Positions 13,290 to 27,986 are shown, numbered from the stretch's first letter. The stretch is 64,000 bases of DNA from Chrysomallon squamiferum (GCA_012295275.1 CM022676.1:7874001-7938000), one strand, 5' to 3'. The notes: generated from the sequence alone by a model not told the origin. Numbers and translations: made by a program.

Positions 13290-15080
13290 GCACCTACACA
13301 CACTTGGATAACGGAAATTACTTTAAGTTATCTAAATTTTAATTTAAACCGGAGCTGTACATTAAAGCGTTGTTGCTATAATGTATTTATTTATTTATAT
13401 ATTATTTATTTATTTTATAAAAAAGAAAGTAAATAGAATAAAATAAAACGAAATAGAATAAAACAATAACAAAATATTGTTCTTCAAATCCGTTTAATAG
13501 TTATAACAACTTAATTGTCTGAGGGGAATAACTCCAATTAAAACAATACATAAGAACTAAGACAGAGTTATTCCTCTGAGACCGTTAACTTGTACTTTAA
13601 ACGGAATTTGCATAATAATGCATTTTCCCTATAATTTATTTATTTATTTGTATAGAAAAAGAAATTTAAATAATATAAAATGAAACGAAACAGATTAAAA
13701 CAATAACAAGATATTCTCCACGTCCGTATAATAGCGTTATAACAAGTTTGCGGTGTAAGAGGAATAACTGTACTTAAGCTAATAAATAAGAACTAAAACA
13801 GAGTTATTCCTCTTAGTTAACATGTACTTTAAACAGCATCTGCACAATAGAGCATTGTTGCTATAATTTATTTATTTATCTATTTAATTTATCAAAAAGA
13901 AATTTAAAATAAATAAAATAAAACCAAACAGTATAAAATAATAACAAGATATTGTTCTTCAGGTCCGTTTAGTAGAGTCAGAACACGTTAACGGTCTAAG
14001 TGGAATAACTATATTTAAAATAATAAATAAGAACTAAAACAAAACAGAGTTATTCCCCTTGGACCGTTAACTTGTACTTTAAATCGCATCGGCACAGTAA
14101 AGTATTATCCTTGTAATTTATTTATTTATTTATTATTTATTAACTATTATTCTAATTTAAATTTATTTTATGAAAAAAGAAATTTAAATAAAATGAAATA
14201 AAACGAAATAGAATAAAAGTAAAAAGATAATATTGTGCAGATACGTTTTCATGCAGTCGTAACAAGTTAACGGTGAAAGGGGAACAACTCTATTTAAGAT
14301 AATAAATAAGAACTAAAACAGAGATATTCCTCTTAGACCGTTAATTATACTTTAAACCGCATCTGCACAATAAAGGCTTGTTGTTGTGATTATTTTTATT
14401 TATTTATTATTTATTTTATAAAAAAGATAAAATAAAATAAAATAAAATAAAACAGAACGAAATAAACAATAGCATTAAATTGTTGTGTAAATGTCTTTAA
14501 TAGAGTTGTGACAAGTTAAAGGGAATAACTCTATTTAAAATAATACGTAACAACTAAAATAGAGTTATTCCTCTTAGTCCGTTAATTATACTCTAAAGCG
14601 CATTTGCACAGTAAATGATTGTTGTTGTAATTGATTTATTTGTTAGCTTGTTTATTTGTTTATTTATTTATTTATTTTATAAAAAAGAAATTAAATTAAA
14701 GGAAAATAAAAAATAAGTAAAACAACAACAATAAAATGTTGTGCAAATTGTTTTCAAAGAGTTATCACATGTTAATAGTCTTAGGGGAATAACTCCATTT
14801 AAAATGATACTTTTGAACTAAAACAGAGTTATTCCTCTCAGACCGTTATCTGTACAATAAACCGTATGTGGATAATAAAGCATTGTTGTTGTAATTTATT
14901 TATTTATTTATTTTCTAAGAAAGAATTGAAATAAAATAAAATAAAACAAAATCAAATAAACAATAGCAATTAATTGTTCTGTAGATGGGTGTAATATAAT
15001 TGTGACAAGTTGATGGTCTAAGAGGAATAACTCTAATATTATAAATAAATAAAATAATTAATTAAGGGAAATAACTTTAA
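13290..15080. repeat. Tandem array of ~240-280-bp units (about 7-8), each with a ~30-bp-arm inverted repeat
   Basis: GGAATAACT-type cores near 13525, 13761, 14002, 14281, 14522, 14786, 15023. Consensus arms ACAAGTTAACGGTCTAAGAGGAATAACTCT / AGAGTTATTCCTCTTAGACCGTTAACTTGT. Confidence 0.85.
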
Positions 15081-15189
15081 CATTAAAACTTTAAGTCACT
15101 GAGCATTTGCCTTCTGCGCCATTTTTAAACTTTTATGTAATATTATGATTAGGCTTAGTTTCGTTTATATAAAATAAAATAAAAAATAA

Positions 15190-15226
15190 GTTAATAAATA
15201 AATAAGTAAATAAATAAATAAGTAAG

Positions 15227-15297
<71 letters not shown>
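15190..15297. repeat. (TAAA)n microsatellite
   Basis: Direct reading. Confidence 0.9.
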
Positions 15298-17063
15298 GTT
15301 TCCAATTTACTTCCACAGATGACATCTGCTGAAACTTAGATAGCATGAAAAGGATGTTTTATATATTTATTTTAATTTTAAATGTGTCTTTAATTTCTTA
15401 TTTTATTTTGATAACAGTCTCAATATTGTTTAACTATCGAGTGCAAGTATATTTTGCCATTTGTCTCTTGTAGACTGTTTCATTATTTTCCCAAAGATCC
15501 ACCGAATTTACCGTTCTAACATGCGCAATAAATTTCAGCCATTGTCAGGGACGGCACCAGACTATCTGGTGCACTAGGCTAGGTTAGATTCTGGCACCCC
15601 CAGGAAAATATCTGTTTGAGAAAACTGGATCTTCTGCTGTAGGCCAAGGATGTTCTATATAGATGTTTCGTGATCTTTTCGTCTTCAAATAAACTGTATT
15701 GGTTTGGTGATTGCTGTTGCTGGTGAGGTAGCATAGATTTAAGTTTGTTGTCTGGACTGTTCTGCTTGGTCTTGTTTGTTTTTAGCTGTGTCGTGATCTG
15801 TTCATTCTGAAGAAAGTTGTTTGATACTCAGATTCAGTGGCAACTCAGTAACCAGCGCTTTGAAGCAGAATGATTTAAACAATGAACACCATCCCTATTT
15901 TCATCAGATTCTGAACTATCAAGTAGAGACTAATCTAAATTTCCGCGACCAAAACATTTTCATTTTCAAGTATGTGTGGTATGTCATGGACCTCTTACCT
16001 ATGTTATTGACTAAAATAATTAATAAATAATAATATTACAACAACATTTCCTCCGCATACAATATTTTCACTTGCACCCCTCAAAAGTGTGCTTCGTTAT
16101 TGTAATCGATAGACTTGTCTGGGATATTCTGATGAAGAAATTACTAGTCTTACACATTACATTTATAACAACCAAAAGAAACGGAAGAGGTGGAGGAGGA
16201 AAACACAAATTAATTAATGTAATCACTTACATCTGTACACTTTTACAACTCTGAATACACAAGCGTTACAAAGATATGACTTCTGAATAAAACAATAAAT
16301 TTACCTCTTTTGTACCTTTTCTTTTATTTTCATTTTTGCCCTCTTTTGAAACTAGAAATACACAGCAGATGTAAATAGTTCATTTTACAGACTTAAAAGT
16401 TATTCAGGAAGAGGAATCATTAAGAAAAGAAAGATTTCCATATTGTTGCTTTTTTAAACAATGGTTAAAGTGATAGAAAATGGAATAAAAGAATTGTGAG
16501 CAAGAAGATAGAACGGGAAATAGGACAAGGGATGTAATAAAAGCAGGTAATGTAACTACTAAACTAGTGTGTGCTGTTGTTTTGTTCATTATGTTATGTT
16601 TCTTTATCTTATAGTAGGTTTGTTTCTGTTTCCTCTTATATATATATATATATATATATCTTCTAACATACACGCACATTCATATACATATACACATACA
16701 TCACTATTTTTCTTTGACACAGTAAATAAAAGTTTCAGTTCTCTTATAATTTAATGTTTCGCATCGTACCTAAATAAAGCAAGGTTTCTCTACACAATAA
16801 ATAACGTTTTTCATTTTTTTTCTGTATAGATTTTTATAGTTCGGCCATTCTGATTTAACATACATCTCATTTTTTTTTTGTAATTCTCTGTTTATCTGTA
16901 ACTCTGGATATGTCCATGTATTTCTCTGTCTGATATATGTGTATATGTGGATACGTACAAATGCAGACAAGCGCACGTACAACCACAAACGTACAAACAA
17001 TAACATAAATACGTAAACACACATTAATACATATAAACACATGTATAGATACACCTGTACATA

Positions 17064-17199
<136 letters not shown>

Positions 17200-18239
17200 G
17201 ACACAGAAACGCTCGCACATTAACACATACACTTAAAAACGAAACATCAAGACATCCGACATAAAACTGGCGATACTAAGTATTTCACCAGACTTTCTGA
17301 AACTCTGGATAAATAGTCTTAATTTCGTTGATTGATTTATTACCTGTGTGACAATGTAACGAAAAGCAGATATTGTACTGCAGTACACATTAATACAGTG
17401 CCTTCAAACGGGAATAAAAAACGGTGATAATAATATAATTTAAAGTTTTATCAAACAATATAATGAGATACTTTACAATATAATATAATATTGCACGATA
17501 TGATATCGTAAGAACACAATAGAAAAAATACTGTAACTTGGCAGAAAGATTATTAGGTATTTTGAATTATATGTTTGTGCGTGTTCTGTCCTCCATGGCT
17601 GGTTTTGAATAGAGTGATAGGGTCACAACATACCACAGTAAAACTGACCTAATCATGCCATGCGGTAAGTGTCAAAACTTGATAAGCAGCCAAATTCAAA
17701 ATGGCCGCGCTTTATCTCTTTGCAGCACCCAGTTTATTATGAAATATCACCTGAGAATTTGAACAAACATTTCTCTTTATTAAAAATGAACACAGTCGCA
17801 CACACACACACACAGACACATACACACACAAATGTACACACATATAAATATAAACGAACATACACACATACACATATTTTCTTACCTACTTATTTACAGG
17901 TACATAGAAAAAAAAACACCTTCAGCTTACATACATACATACGTAACAACAAATCTACATACTAACTGCTATAATATAAAATACGCACATACGTACATAT
18001 ATACACACATTATCACCCCCCTCCCCAAGCCCCCCCAAAAACAAACAAAAGTACTGTACAAAATCAATTATTCAAAATATAACCCTGTATGACAAGTCTT
18101 AGGGCCGTGTTTAGGTTGCTGGGTTCAGTTCATTTAGATTTAGTTTATTAATAAAAATGTACAACAATCCAGAAGCTAATTTATAAAGAATAAAATGGGT
18201 TTTCATTTTACTTGTGAAACAGGCAGTAAACCTGATATG

Positions 18240-18273
<34 letters not shown>

Positions 18274-18437
18274 AAAAAAAAAAAAATAATAAAAAAAAAA
18301 AAATAAAATAAAATGAAGAATATGAAAGCCTTGAAAGTTATATTTATATTAACAGCAGTCGAAAGAAGAAAGCAGTGAATAAAATAAAATATAAGTAAAA
18401 CTATATTTTTATTAACGTGAAAACTAAAATAAAGGAA

Positions 18438-18495
18438 ACGAGTTGTAAGTTATTCTGCGTGCTCGTGTTACTGGGATGTGTATTGTACGTACAAG
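18438..18495 (+). pseudogene. Degenerate leader exon (ATG->ACG) upstream of gene B
   Basis: ACGAGTTGTAAGTTATTCTGCGTG...GTACAAG matches the family leader; sequence after the GT switches to the upstream-block repeat. Confidence 0.65.
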
Positions 18496-19046
18496 GTCGA
18501 CGCAAAATGACAAAAGACAAAGAACGGTGTGCTTCGTGGGAAGCGATGATTACCACCGATTACTGAGCAGAGTTTTTTCTTGTCTGATTAGCCTCTGCAC
18601 GTGGACAGTATTCGGTGACGTCGTCCGCCTTCGGGGTTCGTGCGAATGGCGTGTAAAGCGATGATTATTCATGGTCTAAAATAGTGTTCGTCGCGCTAGA
18701 AAGCGGTCACGTGCTAGTCAGCTGACCGTTACGTCACTATTTAGACATGTCCGAAGATTTCCGAGTTGGTCGTTTTATGAGTGGGTCTTGGATTTCTTCT
18801 TGTAGTACGTGTATGTACGAATAAGAATAAGCTTAAAGGTACCAGCGAACTGCTGAAGTCAGTTGAGTGGATTTCCAGATTGTAGATGTTATTTTAGAAA
18901 GTATAAAACGGGTATTTTTTTCTTGTGAAACAGGAAGTAAACGTGGTAACCTAGCAAGAGAAAAGTAAACAAGGAAGAATTTAAAAGAGAAAGACAGTGA
19001 AGTAACTTTTTTTTATATTAACAGGAATGAAAACAAGAAGATAGTG

Positions 19047-19077
<31 letters not shown>

Positions 19078-19177
19078 TTAAAATAAAACAACAACAACAA
19101 CAATAACAACAAACTATTAATAATAACAGTAATAAAACTAGTTTTTGTGAACGGAAGTGAAAACTAAAATAGTGGAA

Positions 19178-19481
19178 ATGAGTTGTAAGTTATTCTGTGT
19201 GTTCGTGTTACTGGGATATGTATTGTACGTACAAGGTATGTATTTGATATTCTTTCTTTCTTTTATTTCTTTCTTTATTATTATTATTTGTTTGTTATTG
19301 ATTTAAATGTGAAATCTGGGTGGACTTGCCGCCGTTTTTGAATGACTAATGTAAAATGAAATGTTTAACTGCCAGTTCAACTCTTTAAAATATGTTTAGG
19401 AAAATATTAACATAATAACATGATACAATCGATAATCCTTAAAAAAACACACACATGTAGCATAATACATACACAAATGAA

Positions 19482-19528
<47 letters not shown>

Positions 19529-20782
19529 TTAACTACCTACCCATGTACATACATGCAGACATAGAGATACACATAACCTATAAGGTATTTATTTTTTTAT
19601 TCAGGTTATGTATCTGTCTGAGTTAATGTCATTTAGTAAGTGTGAAATCTGGGTGGGGGTCGACATTATGTATCGCTGACTAATGTCAAATGAAAAATGT
19701 GTAATTGTGTGATTTGAACTTTAGAAGTATATCTGCATTAAAACATCTATGCCATTATATGACGACATAATATAACATAAAATTACAATCCATAAAACAG
19801 CGTAACGTAACATAATCTAACGTAATGTAATACAAAGTAAACTTCTGTAATAAAGTATAATAATAATAATAATAACAATAATAATAATAATAATAGTTTC
19901 TATAATTTAATTTAATTTAACTTTAACTTTATTTTTAATTTTTTTTTTAAATCCTTTTTTAATTTAAACTTTGAAGTTTTATTATTATTATTATTATTAT
20001 TTTTTAATTTATGTTTTTTTTAATCATTATTCTAAACTGAAGGTCAGGGTTACACATTAACAGCATCAGACAGATATGGAGTTGTTGGATCACAATTTAC
20101 TTTGACCTGTCGAGCAGGTCCTGCTGATGTATTTAGCTGGTTTGTGAATGACGCAGTATACTCTATGGATGGACAAGTACGTGGTTACTGTCGTTGGTTC
20201 GGGGCACATCCAAAAGATTATTTGTATAACTGTTCGAATGGAGTAAGGACTCTGACAATAAAATCTGTCAAACTCAGTCAACAAGGAACAGTGTGGAGAT
20301 GTGGTGATGATGTACCACGCAGCAATGAAATAAAACTGGAAGTGAGAGGTAAAAATCAGTTTTATTACTGTCATTCTAGGACATATGTAGTGCTAATGAT
20401 ATCTAAAAAAAAAAAAAAAAAAAATTCAATAAAACAAAACAGTACTATAACTCACATGTTTTATCAGTTTTATTTTGTAATTATCATTCTAGGAATTATA
20501 TTCTTTTAATGCTTTCTAAACTAAACATCTCAGTAGAACAAAATAATACTTGAAATCAGAGGTCAAATACCTTTATCAAAATCAAATACTTTGATAATTA
20601 CAGAAGACAAGAATTATTAATATATTTTAACATTTAACTAAGTTTATATTCTTAAATGAAATAATTTCCAACCAAATTATAAGATTAAACAGATCGTACG
20701 TATACGCTAACTTACGTATATGAAGATACATCTTTAAAATGATACATGTGTACATATCAAGATTTAGTTTTTTATTTTGATA

Positions 20783-20828
<46 letters not shown>

Positions 20829-22976
20829 TAAATCAGCTAAAATATTAACAAAGTAAATAAATAAATAAATACGTACTTGTAATTTATAAATGGAAGGTCG
20901 CAGATGACGTCATAAGTAACACGGGCGTTCTCTCATTGGCTAATATTAACAGATCACCATGAGGTTCCTATGTGTGTACAGCTGAAAATCCAGATACGAA
21001 AAAACTGCCAACAAAACACTTCATTTGACTGTACATCGTAAATAAGAAACTAATTATAGAAAAAATAAAAATGATAAATTAAACAGACAACTTAGTACTT
21101 GTTAGAGGTGTATGTTTAAAATACCAGACAACCAGCAATAAGCGTTAAGGTCTGAGACACTTCGTTATGCTATTGATAACATTATGTGTTTATTTATATG
21201 TGAGAGTGTCTGGTTATGTGCATGTTTATGTATGTATGTTTGTATGTATGTATGTATGTATGTATGTATGTATGTATGTATGTATGCTTAATCAAGAAAG
21301 TTCAGCAAGTTTTTGTAAATGACTGTTTATTCCAAATAAATTTAAAAAGATCTCGTTTTCATTCACAAAATCACGACTGCTCAACGTTACTGAAGCGAGA
21401 TCATTACACCAGTTGTCATTCCATTCCTGCAGCAGCATCCTGGCTTTCTGTTTCAACATGACAACGCTAGACTACATACCGCTAGACTAACCACTAATCT
21501 TCTTGAGTGGAACCACATCCAAGTGTTGAACTGTCCACCAAAGTCCCCTGACTTGTCTCCAACTGAACATTCATGGGATCTACTGGTCTGTAGGGTACGC
21601 GAAAACCATCCTCATATCCTTAATGTCCATGACCTACAAATTGCTCTGAACCGTGAATGGAACGCAGTTACTGTTCCTGAGACTGATGCTCTCATTAGAA
21701 GCATGAGACGACGATGTACTGCTGTCATCACTGCCACTGGTGAACAAACATTATTGAAACCCTCACACTATTTTGGTAGATGTACCCCTCCATTTCATTA
21801 GTTGACATTAAAGTAACGACGTTGACATCATCACAACGTGTTACTGCTGGCTACATTCAGAAATGCTTTATCAACGAAATAATGCTGCAAATATATTCAA
21901 CGTCCAATCAGGTTGTCTCTATTTCATATGTTGTACGTAACTGCTAAACAGCATATATATATATATATATCTGCCTATGTATATGCATGTATAAGTACAC
22001 ATACGTTCTTACCTACATAATTATATATTTACGGATATCTAGACAGTGAGCTCGTGAATGGATGGATGGATGGAAGGATGTACTGATACAGTGATGTAAA
22101 GAAAGAAAGAACAATCAGACAGAGAGACAGAGGAACATAGAAAGAGTTACAGATGAACATGGAATGGTGAAGAAAATAGAGGTGTATAAAATCAGAATTG
22201 TTTAAGTACAAAAATCGGTGGTGAAAGTGTAAAATAAATATACACAGAGAATAACTAAACTAAAAAATACCTTAACAATAGCAAATAAATAATTGCCTAC
22301 TCTCTGAAGATATATTAATAATAGGAAATATAAATTACCGATGTATTGAAGATATATAAATAATATGTTAATTTAATCTGACATTTTTATTTTCATTGAC
22401 GAATTTTCAACCCCTGAAGAAGACAGCAATCAGTTTGCGCAAGGATTTGGCAGCGGTTTTGGAGCTTCCTCTGCTTTGTTTCTCATCATTATCTTTGGCA
22501 TTGTTACGCACTTTCGACATAAAATAAGTAATTATTTATTTGGTTCTTTGGACGGTTTAATTGGTTGGCTGGTTGGTTGGTTGGTTTAATTGTTTCATTT
22601 TTATTTTGTTGTGTTATATTTTATTTTATTTTACATTCTTCATTTATTTATTCATTCATCCATTTTTTCGTCATTTCATTTATTCGTTAATTCATACTAT
22701 TGTTTATTTATTATTTTTATGTCTATTTTTTTGGTTCCTTTATTTATTTTATTATGTATTTAAATTACACTTACCAAAAGAGTAAAGGGGAGATAAATCG
22801 AGTCTAATTTACACTATTATCTTAAATAGAGTTATCAAACCTGTTTTCTACCAAAAATATTTCACGACGATGTCAGTATTTAGGTAGAGTGATTTGAAGA
22901 GATAAGTAATACTATACAGATAGAAATAACTAGTATTATTACTACACTACTAAGTTCAAGATGATGATAAGGTTAA

Positions 22977-23018
<42 letters not shown>

Positions 23019-24535
23019 AGGAGAAAACAACTCAACTTCGAACCAGCTAAGGTAAATTAATTTATTATTATTTTTTACTATTTTTCTTTCTGTAAAATGT
23101 ATTCATGCTAATGTACGTCTATCTGTATGTGTCTATGTATATCTCTATGTATGTTTGTAAGTTTATGTATTTATGTGTATATGTATATGTATGTATGAAT
23201 GTATGTATGTATGTGTGTACGTGCGTAAATATGTAATATATATGTAGTATATAACATATGTATTTATGTATGATTATATGGTATGTATATACGTATGTCT
23301 GTTTCCATTCCTTTGTTCGTACTAGGATTATCACACCAATGTACATGTAATATATGTTATTTACTTTTGAAAATTCAGAATCAGCCCAAATCGTCATGAC
23401 TACCACAAAGTAGATCAAGTTTCTGGTAAGCTGACATATACGCACACACATACACACTTACATACACACATACATACATAATACATACATACATATACAT
23501 ACATATATACATATGTACACACATAAACACATACATTCGTATACATACACATACGCACATACATACATAAACACACATAATATATACACACACAACTATA
23601 CACATGCAAAGATATATATATATAAACAATACGCACATTCGAACATACATAATAATATTTATATAAACCAAAACATAATATCATTCCATGTTTCAGATGA
23701 TGAGGAAAGACGAAACGACGTTCCAGATGATGTCTTAATGCCTGATAGTAAGTGAACTGATATTAAGAAAGGATAAAGCAGTAAACGAGTATTTTTTGTT
23801 GACCATACACTTCTTTAGATAATTTCATGAACAATTGAACCAGGTTGTCTTACCGTTATGATGTACAAGAAAGGAAAACGTAACATCCACGATTTTCCAG
23901 GAAAGAATTATAAAGAAGAAAACAACTAATGTTTGTTAACTAGAGACGATTTTCCAGAAAGAAATGCTATCTATTATTAAAATATAGCCTGCACTATATA
24001 TATATATATATATATATATAGCTGGATAGATAGACAGACATACAGACTGATAGATAGATAGATAGATAGATAGATGGATAGAGAGACAGATAGATAGGTT
24101 GACAATCCTTTATCGAAATGTTTCGGAATTTTCGGATTTAGGTATTTACTGAGATTTATTTTTCATATAGACCTTATATAAACAGCTGCAGGATTTTTTT
24201 AAAGTGTCTTTCTTTGAAAAGTTATAATGTTTCTACTTTTTTAAGAAGAGACAATTTGTAAATGGTTTAAATAAACAAAAGCAAAATAAAAGGAAAAGAA
24301 AGATAAAAGATAATAATAGTAATCAAACAGAAATATGGGTTAAAAATTTAAGTACATGCGTACATTTACACATACACAAACAATACACCGCATATCTGCA
24401 TACATAAAAACACACATACATACGAGAATATATATATCTGTGTGTATCTCTCAAGTCACACATCGATGTATCTGTAGAAACATTTTCTTACAAATGTGTA
24501 TTATGCATGTGTGTATATATGTAACTATGTATCCA

Positions 24536-24613
<78 letters not shown>

Positions 24614-24737
24614 ATTACATCAAATGTTTCAGAGAATGAGACTGCGCCAGCGGCTGTAAATCAAGATGGAGACAATTCACATTCTTTGCTAGAGGAAAAA
24701 GGAAATGATGTCCCAGATGACGTGTTAATGCCTGATA
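19178..24737 (+). CDS. Gene B: single-V IgSF receptor or young pseudogene; exons 19178-19235 (leader), 20043-20348 (V), ~22411-22527 (TM), 23021-23051, 23379-23425, 23697-23747, 24633-24737; 3' end runs into the assembly gap
   Basis: Exons are open and phase-compatible: MSCKLFCVFVLLGYVLYVQG-QGYTLT..LTC..FSWFVND..WRCG..LEVR, TM GFGSGFGASSALFLIIIFGIVTHFRHK, then tail repeats. The TM acceptor reads tttcaa instead of tttcag; nearby gaag|aag sites would preserve phase. Confidence 0.6.
20043..20348 (+). CDS. Gene B V-like Ig exon
   Basis: 306 nt open; ctgaag|GT and GAG|gtaaaa; 4 Cys plus core Trp; overlaps ORF 20102-20509. Confidence 0.8.
20875..21037 (+). pseudogene. Remnant of gene B second (I/C2-like) Ig exon
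   Basis: Encodes KWKVADDVISNTGVLSLANINRSP*GSYVCTAENPDTK..ANKTLHLTVH with a stop and frameshifts; 5' half and acceptor are missing. Homologous to exons 43409-43669 and 57266-57526. Confidence 0.85.
21400..21953 (+). mobile_element. 5'-truncated Tc1/mariner transposon fragment
   Basis: FQHDNARLHT...PKSPDLSPTEHSWD...LIRSMRRRC transposase C-terminal motifs; near-identical to ~47430-47980. Confidence 0.9.
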
Positions 24738-24791
24738 GTAAGTGAACTGATATTAATGAATGATAAAGAAGAAAACGAGCAATGTTTGTGA

Positions 24792-24991
24792 NNNNNNNNN
24801 NNNNNNNNNNNNNNNNNNNNNNNNNNNNNNNNNNNNNNNNNNNNNNNNNNNNNNNNNNNNNNNNNNNNNNNNNNNNNNNNNNNNNNNNNNNNNNNNNNNN
24901 NNNNNNNNNNNNNNNNNNNNNNNNNNNNNNNNNNNNNNNNNNNNNNNNNNNNNNNNNNNNNNNNNNNNNNNNNNNNNNNNNNNNNNNNNNN
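24792..24991. other. Assembly gap (200 N)
   Basis: Direct reading. Confidence 1.
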
Positions 24992-25378
24992 GTAATGTAT
25001 ATTACAGTGCATTGTCCCACACATATTATTTATTACTTTGCTACCATATTTTATTTACATAGATAAAACTTTAAAAACTTTATACAAAAAACGTTCAGGA
25101 GATGTATAAAATACATTTCCACAACAAAATAAATATAATTAATATATTTCAGAAACTATTTGAAAAATATCCGTTCTCAAAACTATAAAATAGATAACAT
25201 TGTAACATTTAATAAAATACACTTGAAGAAAAATTCATTTGAAAAAAGTTCATTTGAAAAAAACAATACATTTCAAATACTATTTAGAAGGTATCGAAAT
25301 CTGTAAAAAACGCAACATTTCATTAAAAAAAAATATAATAATAAAAACAAAAGTAAATAAATAAATAAATAAATAATA

Positions 25379-25382
<4 letters not shown>

Positions 25383-25452
<70 letters not shown>
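25383..25452. repeat. (AG)n microsatellite
   Basis: Direct reading. Confidence 0.95.
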
Positions 25453-25456
<4 letters not shown>

Positions 25457-27688
25457 CGTGTATGTATGTCTATGTATGTGTTTATATGTATGCATAAATG
25501 AGCGTATGTATGTACGTTTCTAGGAATGTACGTTATTCTTTACGCTGTCTATACGTACGTACGTATATATGTATGTATGAATATATATTTATTTATTTAT
25601 TTGTGTATGTACGTACGTATATATATATAATTAATGTGTTTATATGCATAGTATGAATATATATACACACATACGTTGTTCCATACATAATTATATGTTT
25701 ACACATACTTAGGCAGTGAGCTGGTGAATGGATGGATGGACGGATATATGGATACAAAAATATAAAGAATATAAGACAAATCAGACAGAGAAACAGAAAA
25801 ATACAGAATTACAGAAGAAAAAAATAGAGGAGAGGTGTGTAAAATGAGAATGGCTCAAGTACAAAAATCGATGTAGAAAGTGTTAAATGAAGAAAGACAC
25901 ACAAACAGACGAACAGATTTAGAAGACAAAAATTAAAACTTTATTTTAGAGTAAGAAGCAAAATTCTAAAATATAACAGATAAATGGAAAATTTGTTTCC
26001 TCTCTCCAAGAAAAATATTCACAGAATAGCGGACACACAAACAAACCTGCTATATGATAAAGTTAGATAATATAATTAACAAAACATAGTACACTCTAGT
26101 TTAGTAGTTACTTCTGTTTCCTTTTCCTATTTCCTGTTCTAACTGCATGCTCACAATTCGTTTAACACATTTTATATCACTTTAACCAGACACAAATGGA
26201 ACAATATGCAATTTTTATATATTTATTTTTGTAATAATTCCTCTTGATAATATGTAAAATCAACAATTTACATCTCCTGTACATTTGTAGAAATAAGAAA
26301 ACGCGGATAAAGAAAAGAAAAGATGACTAAAAACGTTTTAGTACAAAAGAGGTAAGTTTAGTAAAAGTTATATTTTAGTAATGCATTAACCGTTCAGGAC
26401 ACGGCAATAAAAATGTAGAAGAAAAGATCACCAAACAAATAAATGCAACAACCTTGACCTACAACAGATCTTGGATAGTGTGGAATTGTTTCAGATATTC
26501 TTGTTATGTACTACACTGGTCACTAGACAAAACTGTATTCTCGTCTTGAATTCATAACCTTCCTGGTAATTTACGTCTTATCTAATTTTAATACTTTACC
26601 TTGTCATCCACTATCCTGGAAAACAAGTATGAACACTGAATCTCCACGGGTTGAACACTTCCTGCCTTTAATTTAATCATTAACCATCCCAAAACAACAA
26701 CAATAACAACAAAAGTAAGAAGAAAAAACAACAACAACAGGAAAAACAAATAAACAGTTAAGAAATCATAGAGGATATAGAAGGACATTTCACTGGAAAC
26801 ATGCAGACAAAGAAACATTATTTTAAAAAATCATAATGCACACTATAATACATTATCAGATGTCATTTCTTCATTTGTTTTGACAATAAATATTGTTTTG
26901 TAGTTTTGATGTCATAAAATATATTCGTACATTTTAAATACAATCCAACCCGTTTATTTCAATATGAAAAACCCACTCATACGACCTAACTCTATGGAGG
27001 GACACTCCTCCAACCTTTACAAAAATCATCATAAAATCATCATATTTAACCATTCCTTATTCAGTCATAAACTGAGTATAAAAATATGAAAAACACAAAA
27101 GTATCACAAAAACATGAAATCTTGCTTATATATTATTTACCAAGCAGTGTTGCAGATGCTGTTGTTGGTATAGTTGTTATAAATATTGTTTTATTCTGCA
27201 ATTGTCAGCCAGGAATTTCATTTATCATATTATACAAGAAAATCGACAATTTCGTGACGTCACCATCCTACATGAGAGAAAAATCAATGCACAACATGCG
27301 AATTTGACTAATATTTCACTTCTTGGACATCATCACGAGACGTCATTAATCAGATAGATCAAATTTGTTTCTTTTTTTAATGTGTAAGTGTGTAGATACG
27401 TTAATTTTACAAGATGAATATCCCGAGATTTTTACATAGTTACAGATACAATTCACACAATAGTAATGAATGATACAAATTCGCGATTGGCAGCTCATTA
27501 AAATGTTTATAACTTTTCTCACAGGTAGCTATTGACATAGTTCAAGTCTTGTGTGACTGTAGAAATTGAATATATGAAGTCTTTGTATTTTTGTATAAAC
27601 ATTTAACAATATAATCTTGCTTAATTTTTCAGGAACGTGCCTTAAGAAGCGTGTGCTTAACAAATAAATTTGTGTTCTTCTTTATCGT

Positions 27689-27986
27689 TTAATCAGTATT
27701 CTGCAGGAGAGGGTCATGTCCGAACACAGGATAATATGGATTCTCTGTATCTTCGCGTGCAGCTGATGTTTGATAGTCTGAAACATGGAAAGAAATTATG
27801 TCTTAGTTTATATAAAAGTTGTCATGCGCGGAGCAAAATAATAATCGAAATAATGTGTGTATGTGTGTGTGTATATATATAAATAAATACACACTAGCGC
27901 TTACACAAACACATTATATTTGTCTATATACATATAGAGAGATAAGAATGTGTTTCTATAGCTGTATTGATGTGTGTCTGTATGTA

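Noticed and set aside
13290-15080. CRISPR-like repeat-spacer array
   Set aside because: Eukaryotic context, units of ~250 bp with homologous rather than unique spacers, and no cas genes.
24661-25066. ORFs spanning the N run
   Set aside because: Artefacts of the assembly gap.
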